This document shows positions 26,940 to 38,696 of a DNA stretch of 64,000 nucleotides, one piece after another (within the stretch, counting starts at the first letter, position 1; the number at the start of each line of letters is the position of its first letter). The DNA lies in the NCBI GenBank assembly GCA_044892525.1, contig CM097888.1, positions 53,878,001-53,942,000 of the forward strand. The letters are read 5' to 3'. The notes under the pieces are model-generated. The model saw nothing but the letters and a program-made list of their open reading frames with translations. It had not been told where the DNA came from and did no database searches. A program made the position numbers and the translations under genes. The stretch is from Schmidtea polychroa. Taxonomy: Eukaryota.

Positions 26940-27135
26940 CATTATTAAAAAGAGAGTTTGAAGACTATAAATTAGTAATATATCGATGTTTGTTGATACT
27001 CACGAATTTTCGGCACTGCCTTTTTCAAGTGAATTTTCAAAATTCAAAAAAGGCTGTCTTCAAACTCTCTTTTTAATAAATTCAAAGGAAATAAAAATCA
27101 GTGGTGAAATTGGAAGAAATAAAAGTTCTTATAAT
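26940..27135 (-). repeat. Penelope-associated family A repeat with inverted arms
   Basis: ttattaaaaagagagtttgaagac ... gtcttcaaactctcttttaataa inverted arms followed by the family tail aatcagtggtgaaattggaa; close copy at 35145-35315. Confidence 0.75.
26999..27033 (-). ncRNA. Minimal type I hammerhead-like motif with U3-A8 core variant
   Basis: 5'-UUCAC UUGAAAA A GGC-AGU-GCC GAAA AUUC GUGAG-3'. Stem I UUCAC/GUGAG, stem II GGC/GCC, palindromic AAUU helix III, UUC cleavage triplet. Confidence 0.6.
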
Positions 27136-28805
27136 AATAATATACATTGTTAATAATTAATAATAAATTTAATCTTAAAATATTTTTTTCTATTTTTCCG
27201 TGTCAACTTTTAACTTTGCTCGATGAATTGTAATAATTAATAATTCCCCCCCCCCCCCCAAGCTGCGAAGAATATATATTATATTAGTGCGAAGAATATA
27301 TTATAAAAGAAAAAAATAAAAAAAAGAAAAGAATGAATATAGCAACAGTTGATTAAGGAAATCTTTACTATACAAAGCTGAACAATACAAAAAAAAGCTA
27401 ACGGTTTCACCAAGAAAATAACGTAAAGCCATTTAAATCAGTAAGATTATTAAAATAAGAGTCTCTAAAATATTCCTTGAAAAGTTTGAGATGACATAAA
27501 TACTTCAAATAAAGAATTAATATTTCATAGACAACATTAAACCGTATGACAAATATTTTAGAGATTGATAATCTCAAATCTAAATTAGATGTATAAAAAA
27601 GACAGATTTTAACATACTATTTTTCAATGTAAAAATATCATTTTTGCAATATCTCCTGAGACAAATGTCCTATATCTCTCGTGACTAACAACTTTTGCAT
27701 CATTTACTCTTTTAATTACTTTTCATAAAGCAAAATGCTTTATTTCATATCAAAATGACTTTATAAAATATAATAAGAATATTGAAAATAATAAAAAGAA
27801 CGACAAAAAATATTTTTTAATATTGATTGTTTGTCATTTTTTATATAAAAAAATATTTTTGATCAATGATGAAAATAAAAAACTTTATTAATATTCTAAA
27901 TATAATAATTATCAATTTTCTAAACACCGTGTAACTCTTTAAAATTATTACAGCAGTGCATAATAATTACTAAAAATTGTTATAGCAGCAAATAATAAAT
28001 CATTTCCAAATTAAATATTTTATATACAGACAATTTGTACGTCACACTTACTTGACTTTTTTATATCAATACTTCAGAGTCTAAAAAACTTAAAATTGTA
28101 TGTAAGTTTGTTTGTAATTTTGGTAGTTCGAAAAGATCTTGAAGTCGGTCTCTTATATTGGACTGTATGAAACTAACAAGTGTATATACATACAGGTAAT
28201 ACACACATTCTTCCACTTATATCAGATTGAATTTGGAAATAGTTTATGTTTATAAAATAATTTCAATAAAAAAATCATAATGTTGAATAATTTTCCTACA
28301 TAAATAAGATTATGAATATGTTGTCATTTTCAATATCAAATGTTATTAAGGTGATTAACATCATATATAATATGTAATATTGCTTAATTCAAGATAAAAA
28401 GATTTAAAAAATATTTTCGTAGAAAATAAGAAAATAATATTTCATCACAATTTGATAATTGTATAGATTTATTTAAAATAAAAATAAAAATTTTAGAATT
28501 TAGAAAATTTATATTTGTGACTTCAGAATTTTTAATTTTTATAATTGAGATATTAATCTTTTAAATATCCGATTGGCTTGAATTACATAAAATACACCTA
28601 TGCACGAGAGGAAGGAATCTAAATTGAAGTCAATATCGGTAAGTCCCATTAGATTGCAGATTATAAAAGGAAACTCAACCTGAATCAAAAGACTCAATTT
28701 GTAAAGGAGAAAAGAAAACAGAATTAAAACAAAACCCAAGGTAAATTACGAAATTATCGAAAAAACGATTTTAAACGAATTAAAGTCATTGATAAATCAA
28801 GTTAA

Positions 28806-29050
28806 CCCTACACTGCATATTATATCACTGGTGATACACAATTATCTTATTAGAATAAAAACTGTCTCGTTCTTGTTCTCGGTAAATGTTCTCTCATATT
28901 ACATTGTATTGGCTATATTTGCAATATAATACAAAAAAACCGTAATGTAATTCTCAATAGTTTTGTATTACCAAATCAATTTTTAAAACGTCTTACAGTT
29001 TAAGTGAAAGTGTACAATATATCAAATATAAAAAGTCATGCAGTGTAGGG
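28806..29050. mobile_element. piggyBac-type MITE, 245 bp
   Basis: TTAA|CCCTACACTGCAT ... ATGCAGTGTAGGG|TTAA. Confidence 0.9.
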
Positions 29051-30397
29051 TTAAAGCTAAGAATGCAACTAGATCTAATTTACCGATCATTGAAACTAGA
29101 AACAGTATTCAAGTGGTTTTGAATTCCAAGTTGTATTGTAAACATGCCATTCCTTTCGAAGGGTTGCAATAAGCACTCAAGCTATTGTTCTAAAATTGAA
29201 CTATTGGTGTCTCTGTAAATTGCTAATTAATTGTTTTAATCAATAAAAGTTCGTTATAGTTGTTAATCATGACACGCTTTGGAATCAGATAAATAATTGG
29301 TAATAATTAATTTTACCGACAGCCCCAACAATAGTTATACATAATAAAAATGTAGTATTGGGAAACTCTGTATTTTAAATCATTTCGTTGAAAAACAATC
29401 GAAGAAAAATTCTGCTTACACCATTACAGTTGATTTTGCCAGAAAAACTGTAAAAAAATAATATAACTAGCAAAATAGAAATTTCGGATTTAACAGAATC
29501 AGAAAATAAAATAAATTAAAACATTTGATCTCGTTTGATATTTCCTTTGTAGCCATAACAATTATTATAACAATTATTATCAAATTATTACCCAATCAAA
29601 TAACAGATAATACAATTTAAAAATATGGATATTAATTATTAATAATATTATTGTTTTTATAAACGATACAACAAATAAGGAACATTGTTAAATTTTTCAA
29701 AAGTGAAAATTTTAATTAAATAATTGAAATAATCTCACCTGTTAATTATTTCTCGAAAAATCAATTTCAATAATTATAAAAAAATACATTTTTGTTACAC
29801 GAAAAATAAAAATCAATGAAATAGAAATTCATAGACATTTAAAATAAGTCAAAAAATAAAAATATTTTTAATTTAAGCTATATAAAATAAAGGTACTTTT
29901 ACCTATAATAAAATCATAAAGGAAAATAAGAATATATTTATAAAAAAATGCATATATTTACAACGCGTTGCAAAATATAAAAACTTTATGGAGTTTGCTG
30001 ACAGTATTTACATACAAAAAATGAGTAAATTACCGTTTACAAATGATTATACACATTTTTAATCAAATTTTGGAAATTTCTCATTTTAAATTATTGTCTG
30101 ATTATCAATGTATATGTGAATGGAAGTTTTTTCAAAAAAGAAATTACTTTCAATAGTCAAATTTATTAAATAATTAAAGAAAGATTAATATGATTTAAAA
30201 CTTTATTTAGTCAATCGCTCATAATTTCTTGTATCAAAGATTTTGTAAAAAAAATTCAAATATGATGAAAATTATTTTTAACAATAAATTAACAATTTTT
30301 ATTAATAAACAATTAGAACTCAAAAATTTCTTTCGTCGTTTTCGCAAAATGAATCCATTTTAGGTGGTGTATTTTATCACTTGTTTGTTTTATTATA

Positions 30398-32389
30398 CAC
30401 CTAACCGCGAAAGTTAACATTGTCTATAATATACGTTGGTGTGCACACCACCTGAGGTGAGTCACCAATTATATGACAATGTTAACTTAATTTCATTTAT
30501 TCTATTTTTCAAAAATCATTTTAAGGTAAGTTTTTGAATTGAAGTAATTTTTAGGACTTGAATTTTGATTTTATATAATTATGAGATCATTATTCAAGTT
30601 CTTAAATATTACTTTTAGTCATCATTTATAATTTATCATTTATAAATATATTAATAATTAAATTTCAGTTGTTTTTTTAGGAAATCTATGATATTTTATG
30701 CATTAATATGGAATTATTTCGCTAAAATGTAAGTTAAATATTTTTATATTTATAAATAAATAAAGTAATCACCATACACATTTATTTTTTTAATACATTT
30801 AGGGAAAAATCGGCGTACATGAACGAAATAGTTTTTTAAATTTTTATAATCTTCTTTCTGTAGCTCATTTTCGATGGCTTCTTTGACGATGTCAAATCTG
30901 CTTGGGAAGGACATTGAACTGAATCCATTTGTCCTTGATATTACTTTTCTGATGCTGCCTTTGATTTTACTAAACACGCTTTCTATTGGATTGAGGAATG
31001 GGCTATATGGTGGTAGGTGTTCTATATAATTATTCGGAGAAATTGCTCCACTATGAATTGAAGCATTGTCATGAATGAGACGGTATCCTGTCCCATTCAA
31101 TTTTATACTTAATTCATTAATAAAATTTTGGTAGGTATCCTTTTTGTAGGATCCTACAATTAATCGGTGATGAATTGCACCTTTCACACCTATTGCTAAC
31201 AGAAATGACATGTTTTTTCCTCGATTATTTGAAACTATGGAGTATATTCCTTCTCCTTTTTTCTTCCTTCCATAGGTTTGTGTAGTCCACGTATTGAAGC
31301 TGCATTCATCAATAAAAACGAGATTTTTATCTCGCCAGACTTCTTCGAGAAAGCGTGTGACATACTCCATTCGGATTTGAAGTACGCGATCTGAATTTCT
31401 TGCTTCCACACATGGTCTTACCTTTTTAACCGTTATTAAGTGATTTTTTAGAAATCTTGAAATAGCAGTTGTGGATGCCGAGCAATTTTGTTGTAACAGG
31501 AAAATTCGCATTTCTTCTAACGTTGCATAAAAATTGGCTTCGACAAAATCCAACAAATTATTTCCCTGTTCTTCTGAAATAATTTGTTTTCTGCCACTTC
31601 TTTTTCCTTTTGTAATTTCGGCATATTTCTTATATTTGTAAATTATTGAAATAATTGAATTTTTGGGGATTCCGAGCAATCTTCCAAATTCTTTATAATT
31701 GTCCCCATTTTCAAATGCATTAATAAGCCGAATTTTATCTATTTCTGTAATTCTTTGAAAATATTAATTTGTTAAAATAATTTATTAAAATTTACGATTT
31801 GCGATTATTTTTCTGCAAATTCGAAGTTGTTGAAGGACCTTCTTCAATATTTGAAATGGTACCTTCACGCAAAGAAATATCTGTTATACTGTAAAATATT
31901 TTAATATTTTATATTTTAATGAATAAATCTTACATTGTCAGATCTTCAACTTCGCAAAAAGCCACTGTGTCCTGTGAAATATCTGTAAATCTAAAGAAAT
32001 TTTATATTCCAAATTATTTTATAATTAAATCTTACGATATATCTTCTTTTTTTTCCCTAAAGCTCAACGTAGAGCAGTCGGAATCTGATTCAAAAGTTTT
32101 TTTGTACATAATTTTTTAAATAATTTAAAAATATTGATATGTTAATTATATGTTAATCAATCTGAATTTCGCATGAAAAACACTTTACTTAATTTTGTAT
32201 GTATTTTTCATTATGTGTGCTGTGCTTGTATGTTTAATTATTTTCTCTCACTTTTTAGATTCCTATAATAAATATGTTAAATTTCGCGGCATTAAATTTC
32301 TACACACAGGTAAGTTTGTGTGTTCCTATAATATATATTTATTGATTTTTTTTTAGATTACAGATAATGTTATATTTCGCGGTTAGGTG
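30398..32389 (-). mobile_element. Apparently full-length IS630/Tc1/mariner-superfamily DNA transposon, 1992 bp
   Basis: TA|CACCTAACCGCGAAA at both ends (15 bp perfect, ~28 bp imperfect TIR), TA TSD, encloses a transposase ORF. Confidence 0.85.
30750..32109 (-). CDS. Tc1/IS630-like DDE transposase; predicted 4 exons (32109-32036, 31990-31934, 31888-31796, 31752-30750), 408 aa
   Basis: HTH-like N-terminal region plus LVFIDECSF, LIHDNASIH and LPPYSPFLNPIE motifs. The unspliced frame has no ATG; three GT-AG introns (45, 45, 43 nt) join it in frame to an ATG at 32109 (1227 nt total). Core ORF confidence is high; splicing is predicted. Confidence 0.85.
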
Positions 32390-33049
32390 TAGAAATTGCA
32401 CACACGATTTTTGTATTTTACTCATTAAAATTTTCTACCCTTTTCTGAATTCTATAATCAATGAAAATAATATTTAAATAATGTCTTATGTTATATATTT
32501 GTTTTAAAACAATAATTGACAGAGTTTTCTCGAAGACATAAAACATTTTTCTTTTTTAATTTAAACATAATTTTTAGAAATAAAAACGATTCACATATTT
32601 ACAGAATATAAATGTGAGAGCCATTAAAATTATTCATCACTTTCCTGTTGTTAGATTATTTCAAAAAATTAAGAAACCATTTTGTTAATTAGTTTTTTTC
32701 AAAATTGAAAATATTTTACTTAAATTAACTTATTAATTATAGTTAATTTGTCAAATAACTACAGAAAAAACAACATATATACAATGCAACGTTTATGAAA
32801 TAAGGTTGCTTATACAAATTTTCTTGATTTTTAGTTTTAAAATAAACTNNNNNNNNNNNNNNNNNNNNNNNNNNNNNNNNNNNNNNNNNNNNNNNNNNNN
32901 NNNNNNNNNNNNNNNNNNNNNNNNNNNNNNNNNNNNNNNNNNNNNNNNNNNNNNNNNNNNNNNNNNNNNNNNNNNNNNNNNNNNNNNNNNNNNNNNNNNN
33001 NNNNNNNNNNNNNNNNNNNNNNNNNNNNNNATACCCAGTGGAAATCCCA

Positions 33050-33091
33050 ATAGTAGACTAATTTCGAGCTTTTGGCTCTCATCAGTACTAT
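33050..33091 (-). ncRNA. Complete minimal type I hammerhead ribozyme motif
   Basis: 5'-AUAGUA CUGAUGA GAGC-CAAAA-GCUC GAAA UUA GUC UACUAU-3'. Perfect 6-bp stem I, 4-bp stem II, canonical core, GUC cleavage triplet. Confidence 0.85.
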
Positions 33092-33437
33092 GCAGGAGAC
33101 GCGAAGATTTCTCTTTGCGCCAGGTAAGTATACAATATCGCTGATTCAACTCTATTGCATACTTTCCCCGGTACACTGGAAATCACATCACTTGCTTATT
33201 AGCTTGGCCAAAGATAATATGTAAACTTGTAAACATGGAGTATGAAAAATCATAATCACTTCTGCGGACTAAAAGATTAGTCAATACACAGAAACTGTTT
33301 ACAAGTGCATCCGATTACCTTTAGCATTTTTAATTTATAAAGTAATGGTGTAAAATATTTTTGTCGGATGTCTTACATTTGAATAAAATAAACTTGAATA
33401 AAAACTTACCTGGCGCGACAAGAAATCTTCGCGTCTC

Positions 33438-33476
33438 CTGCATGAGAGCCAAAAGCTCGAAACTAGTCTACTATTG
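33438..33476 (+). ncRNA. Damaged hammerhead copy (9-nt deletion of stem I 5' arm and core start)
   Basis: ctgca-tgagagccaaaagctcgaaactagtctactat; lacks tagtactga relative to the 33050 copy but keeps a perfect ACUAGU helix III palindrome. Confidence 0.7.
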
Positions 33477-33571
33477 GGATTTACATTGGGTGTCACAAAG
33501 CTTGTGCCGTTTGTTTTATTCAAGTGTAAGACATCCTACAAAAAAATTTTACACCAAAAATCTTTTAAAAT

Positions 33572-33574
<3 letters not shown>

Positions 33575-33657
<83 letters not shown>
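33575..33657. repeat. (AAT)n microsatellite
   Basis: Direct observation. Confidence 0.95.
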
Positions 33658-33659
<2 letters not shown>

Positions 33660-35144
33660 GTAACAATAATAAAGTGAAATAAGAATAGATTATGCTAAAT
33701 ATATATTTAAGCAGTACACAAGTAAAATGATTAGGAATTAAATTAATGTCTAGATCCTTAATTAAATATTTCAATTACGAAAAGAAATTCTTGTATAATT
33801 ATATATTTCATAAATCATTTTTCTTTTATTGCATTTGTTTTAACTTGTTACAATAAGACATTTGTGAAATAATTTTAACAAAGTAGTTTAGTAAATGAAA
33901 GGAAAGTTGACATAGACTCGTGAAGTAAATGTAAAATAAAAAGTAACTAAATAATCAAGAATGGGGATGGAAATTATAAATTTACAAACAAATGTTAAAT
34001 AAAATAATAGCGATAATTATAACCATGATGAAAGCCAAATTGAATTTATATTATAAAAATTTATTTCTACTAAAACTTAAATTATTTTAATTTATTCTAT
34101 TATTCCTCCATTTATCTCTGATTAAACAAATCATGTTCTTAGATTTTGTCATACAATATTTATATTAATATCCGATATTTTTAATAAATTTTTCCATTCA
34201 GCGTCAAAAATAAATACTGCATATATACATTATAACATTTTAGTCTTTTAAAACGCAGTGTATGAGTTTTCCGGTGGCAGGCAACAAGATTTTACATTGA
34301 GATAAATTTTGTATAATACATTTGTATATAAAGTAGTCAATAATACAGATTGGTATGCAAACCAATAGATGACTCATAATTTGTCAGTTATTATATTTTT
34401 ATCAAAAATTAAAAAAATTGTTTTTTTGGGATTTTTTTACAATTTTTAGGCAATGATTTCCAAACTTAATGATACTAAGCCCCCTTTTAATATTGTATAT
34501 TTAATTTCTAAGGTATGTTTTGATAATCTTTAATTAAATTTACTTTCTTTATATTTTCATTTTATTTATGCATTTTGAGAAAAATGGCGAATATTGATAA
34601 AATAATGTTTATATATTAATGTATTTCCTTTGTTAAGTCTAGTTTTTCAGATTTCTAAATTATAAAAGCTAAATTAATTTTTATTTATAAATGAAATTAG
34701 TTCTCATCGTTTACTTTGTTCTCTTTATTTTCACGATAACTCATTTTTGTAATAAATTAATTTTATTAGTGTTTTCGGCATTACATTCTAAATTTATATG
34801 TTATTTTTTTCTAAAAAATTAATTTTTAAAATGTTTTTATTTCATTCAACAATTACACATATTGAACGTTGTACATGCATTTTATACACCTATTTTCAAT
34901 GAATAAAAACTTCTATAATCTAAAAAAAATCAATAATTTTATAGTATCGAAACACAAACTNNNNNNNNNNNNNNNNNNNNNNNNNNNNNNNNNNNNNNNN
35001 NNNNNNNNNNNNNNNNNNNNNNNNNNNNNNNNNNNNNNNNNNNNNNNNNNNNNNNNNNNNNNNNNNNNNNNNNNNNNNNNNNNNNNNNNNNNNNNNNNNN
35101 NNNNNNNNNNNNNNNNNNNATGAATAAAAACTGTTAACATATAA

Positions 35145-35315
35145 TTTATTAAAAAGAGAGTTAAATGACTATAAATCAGTAATATATCTATGTTTATTGA
35201 TACTCACGAATTTTCGGCACTGCCTTTTTGATTTATAGTCTTCAAGCTCTCTATTTAATAAATTCAATGGGAAAAATAATCAGTGGTGAAATTGGAAAAA
35301 AATGTTCTTATAATG
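35145..35315 (-). repeat. Penelope-associated family A repeat, hammerhead core truncated
   Basis: Near-copy of 26940-27135; retains aaaaaGGCAGTGCCGAAAATTCGTGAG but lacks the upstream cacttg. Confidence 0.7.
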
Positions 35316-36915
35316 TTAACATATTATTATTATTATTAACATGACGAAAAATCTTCGTAAGATTTTTTTATAAAGTTATTATAAATTAAATATTTCTATA
35401 GCATTTCAGATATTTCTGTGAAAACGATGCCTTTTTCCGAACGTGAAAAAATGACAACCATTTCAAATATTCAACCATGACAAAATTCGAATAATTACAG
35501 TGAAACATATATCTGACTTACACTAAATCTAAATAATTCTAAAATTCATTATATTCATTCTTAAAATTAAATATAAATTATAATATAAATGTTGAATAAA
35601 GTAATATTTAATTCTTGCCAGCCAAGTGATTCCAAATGGAATCATTAATTCAAAATTCAATTTTTATCTTTTGAAGATTAAAAAAGTTGGCTGCAACTAA
35701 TGTGAATGCATTTTTAACATTTTGCAATACTGAATACACATAAAAATTGTATTAGATAACAAAAATAATTGCATTTACCAGCGTCCTGTCGCATAACCTA
35801 TACTGTGCATATATGAAATCAAAATGCAAGCCTTACAATTTAATTAAAATTAAAAATCATACTTGAAAGATATTTCTAAAATGGCTAAAATAAATGAATT
35901 TGTAAATGAATTTAATTTTCTCACAAATGGTGAGTCACCTATAATTAATGTACACACCTACCTGCATTATAACAATTTTTATTTATTGAGAATATGTGTA
36001 CTATGAGTTGTGTTTGTGTGTTCAATTTAATTTTTCTACCACTTTATCAATTTCTATATTAAATGATGTTATTCTATACAACATTAAAAATCAACATACT
36101 TATAAGCTTTAAAATCTTTTAAATTTCTTGCTTTATTTTTCTTCAGTTATTTAGTTTGATTATGGATACAATAATTACTCGAAGTACGGAAAAATCAACA
36201 ACATTAAAATATACCAACATTCTGAATCCAATCACATTTACAATTTCAAGTAATATGATGTGATTTTTAAGGTTTTAAATAAGAGAAATTGAAAAAAAGA
36301 TTCTTTAAAGAAATGTTTCCTGAAAATCAAATATTCCAATTATCTTATCCTCTTGTAATCATCTCATCAAATTTTTGATATTTTTAAATAAATAATGGAT
36401 TTGATTTTTAAGTGCCATAAAGGAAATAAATATGTGAAATTCCCATTGAACAAACTTTTCAATCCATTTAAATAAAGAAAAATTAATTTATATCCAATAA
36501 ATTTCTTTTATTTATTTCGAATGAACATTTCTTTTTCTGAAATGCTTTAAATTGTTTTAATGGAGTTTATAAGGAGTTTTCAATGAATTGTGAATAACAT
36601 TTTACTTGATAAAGGCGAAAGGTTTTCATTAATTGAATGAGTTAAAAATGTTCATGCAGGTTTCATGTAGGTTTCATGTAAGCATCTTTTCCGAAAGTCT
36701 GACATATGGAATATGAAGCATTTTACTAGCAACAAAGATATGAAATAAAATGACATCTGCAATAAGCATGTGATATTTTTCAAAGTTTGTATACCACCAT
36801 TATCATACGATGAGTTTTCATATATTATTAAAGAAAATTGCAATTTTATAAAATTATTTATTAAGCAATAACCAAAAGAAAATTTGTAATTTTGATGTCA
36901 TCTTATTGTCTAAAT

Positions 36916-37164
36916 CAGTGGTGGCCAACCCAAATCAATCGAAGGGCCAAATTTTCGGGAAAATACTATCACGGGCCACAATAAATTCATTTAAATAAAT
37001 ATAACTCGTTTTTACGATTCAAGTAAACTTAGAGTAAATTTTTTAAATTAAAAACATGCTTAATTCGAATATAAATTCTAAAAAAGACAATTATTAATTT
37101 GATGTTTAAAATTGTGTCCGGGCCACGTCAAAACGCTTCGCGTGCCACCGGTTGGCCATGGCTG
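36916..37164. mobile_element. hAT (Charlie-like) MITE, 249 bp
   Basis: 8-bp TSD GTCTAAAT on both sides; CAGTGGTGGCCAAC / GTTGGCCATGGCTG imperfect TIRs. Confidence 0.9.
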
Positions 37165-37439
37165 GTCTAAATCATTACTGTATCTTAAATTTTATTATTT
37201 ATTATTTAAGAAATCTACTATTTAATTTTTTAATAATAATTTATAAATTTAGTAATTACTTTTTGTTGAAATATTCAATCAATAATCACTAAATTTAAGA
37301 TTATTTTATCATTTAATATAAATAAGGGTAAAAGGATATTATTCATAATTATAAAGAAATATTTTAGTTTTATCTTAGAGATGAATTTTAATAATATCCT
37401 ATGTAAAGGTAATAAAAAGATGAACGGAAAACCTAGAGC

Positions 37440-38200
37440 AGTTTGGTCACTGTTTCAAAAATCGGAAATATAACTTTCAAGAAACAATGTCTATCCTCAA
37501 CAAAATGCCTACTGAAGAAATTGTTTTGAGAAGATTCAGAAGTTTGAATCAGCAAATAAAAGATAAGAAGAAAAGGATAAATGTCTTAGCCTTGAGCTTG
37601 TAGAATTATGGAAACGGTTCAGCTTTCTAACATTAGCACGATCCACAATAGTAAAGAAGCTTTAAGCATTAGTTGATAAAAGTGACAAAAATCTAAAACG
37701 TCCGTTGAAGAATTATGATTTCTCCTTATTTTTAACATAACGTCAGGTAAAGGCACTTGGCTATACAAAGAAGATAAAGAGTCTTATGACTTACAATTAA
37801 AATCAAAGGGCAAAATAAGATTTTGTACCAACCACATTGACAATTCGAAAATACATCCCTCCAAGAGAAAAATAGTTCATACTTCAGATAATCAGTTTGC
37901 AGCAATATCTACAATAATGGCATGTTCTATGTCCGAATACTTTAGTTCTAATAAAAACGAGGCTTTGGAAATTTCATCCGAAAGTGATAGGCCTTTGAGA
38001 AATAAAAGGACATATAACGATACAAAAGCGGCTATAGATATTGTAGCCACTACACAAGTACCCATCAAAAAAGCGGCAAGTATTTGTAAAACTTTAAAAG
38101 ATGTCGACAATAAACATACCATCGTCATCAGTTTCCGGAGTTTCCCATCAATGCCGCTGAGAAACTGAACAAACAATACTAGCAGGAATTACAAAAGGAA
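37440..38200 (+). pseudogene. Degenerate ORF remnant, probably an unclassified DNA-transposon protein
   Basis: GC-elevated, codon-like broken frames (..WLYKEDKESY.LQLKSKG..IHPSKRK..YNDTKAAIDIVATTQVPIKKAASICKTL); family not securely recognised. Confidence 0.35.
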
Positions 38201-38481
38201 GACCGGAGTCCGTGTAACGCTATTTAAAGGTTTGAAATGAATATTGTTAGTTATTGTTTAGTTATATATTAGTTATTGACTATTTTTTATTTTTATATTT
38301 TTTATTAATATTTCTTTTAAATATTTTTCCACAAATATTTCCACATAAAATGTTTGAACATAAAAATAGGAATTTTAGAAGAAAATTATGTATTTTGATT
38401 TCTACGCTGCGAGGACATAATAGTAAATAATTATAAAAAGCTGAAATTTAAACAAAAAAGACTAAAAACAGTTATAGCTAG

Positions 38482-38696
38482 TGTTAGGGATATTTAAATA
38501 ACTAATTTATAAATAAAATATATATGTATTATAAGTATCAAATACTATTATAAAGTAAAAGTATAATAAGTATAAATACTGGCACGCATAATTATCATTA
38601 TTATTAAATTAATGAATTCGCCATTTAAATCGGTTGTTTGAATAATACCAGTTTTAGGTAATTAGTCATTAGGTAATTAGACTTCAATTATTAACA
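38482..38696 (+). repeat. 5' LTR of a Ty3/Gypsy-like retrotransposon, 215 bp
   Basis: TGTTAG...TTAACA termini, immediately followed by a PBS-like sequence and gag. Confidence 0.7.

Larger units (their letters stand above)
26498..27270 (+). mobile_element. hAT deletion derivative with C-terminal dimerisation-domain remnant
   Basis: 5' end CAGGGAGGTAGCTAGGGG. The frameshifted RNTMNDKRLNGLALL/IHQNIKINPDEILSEL at ~26790-26920 is typical of hAT C-termini. Possible degenerate 3' end (C)n-AAGCTGCG near 27250-27267. Confidence 0.65.
33031..33556. repeat. Nested inverted-repeat structure carrying two hammerhead copies (Penelope pLTR/retrozyme-like)
   Basis: 33031-33127 is inverted at 33405-33492; 33345-33392 is inverted at 33511-33556; the left side abuts an N-gap. 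Confidence 0.85.

Noticed and set aside
28539-28760. Hydrophobic 66-aa ORF and nearby plus-strand splice-like sites
   Set aside because: No consistent stop-free exon model and no recognisable domain.
33474-33774. Poly-Ile and poly-Leu ORFs
   Set aside because: Translations of the (AAT)n microsatellite.
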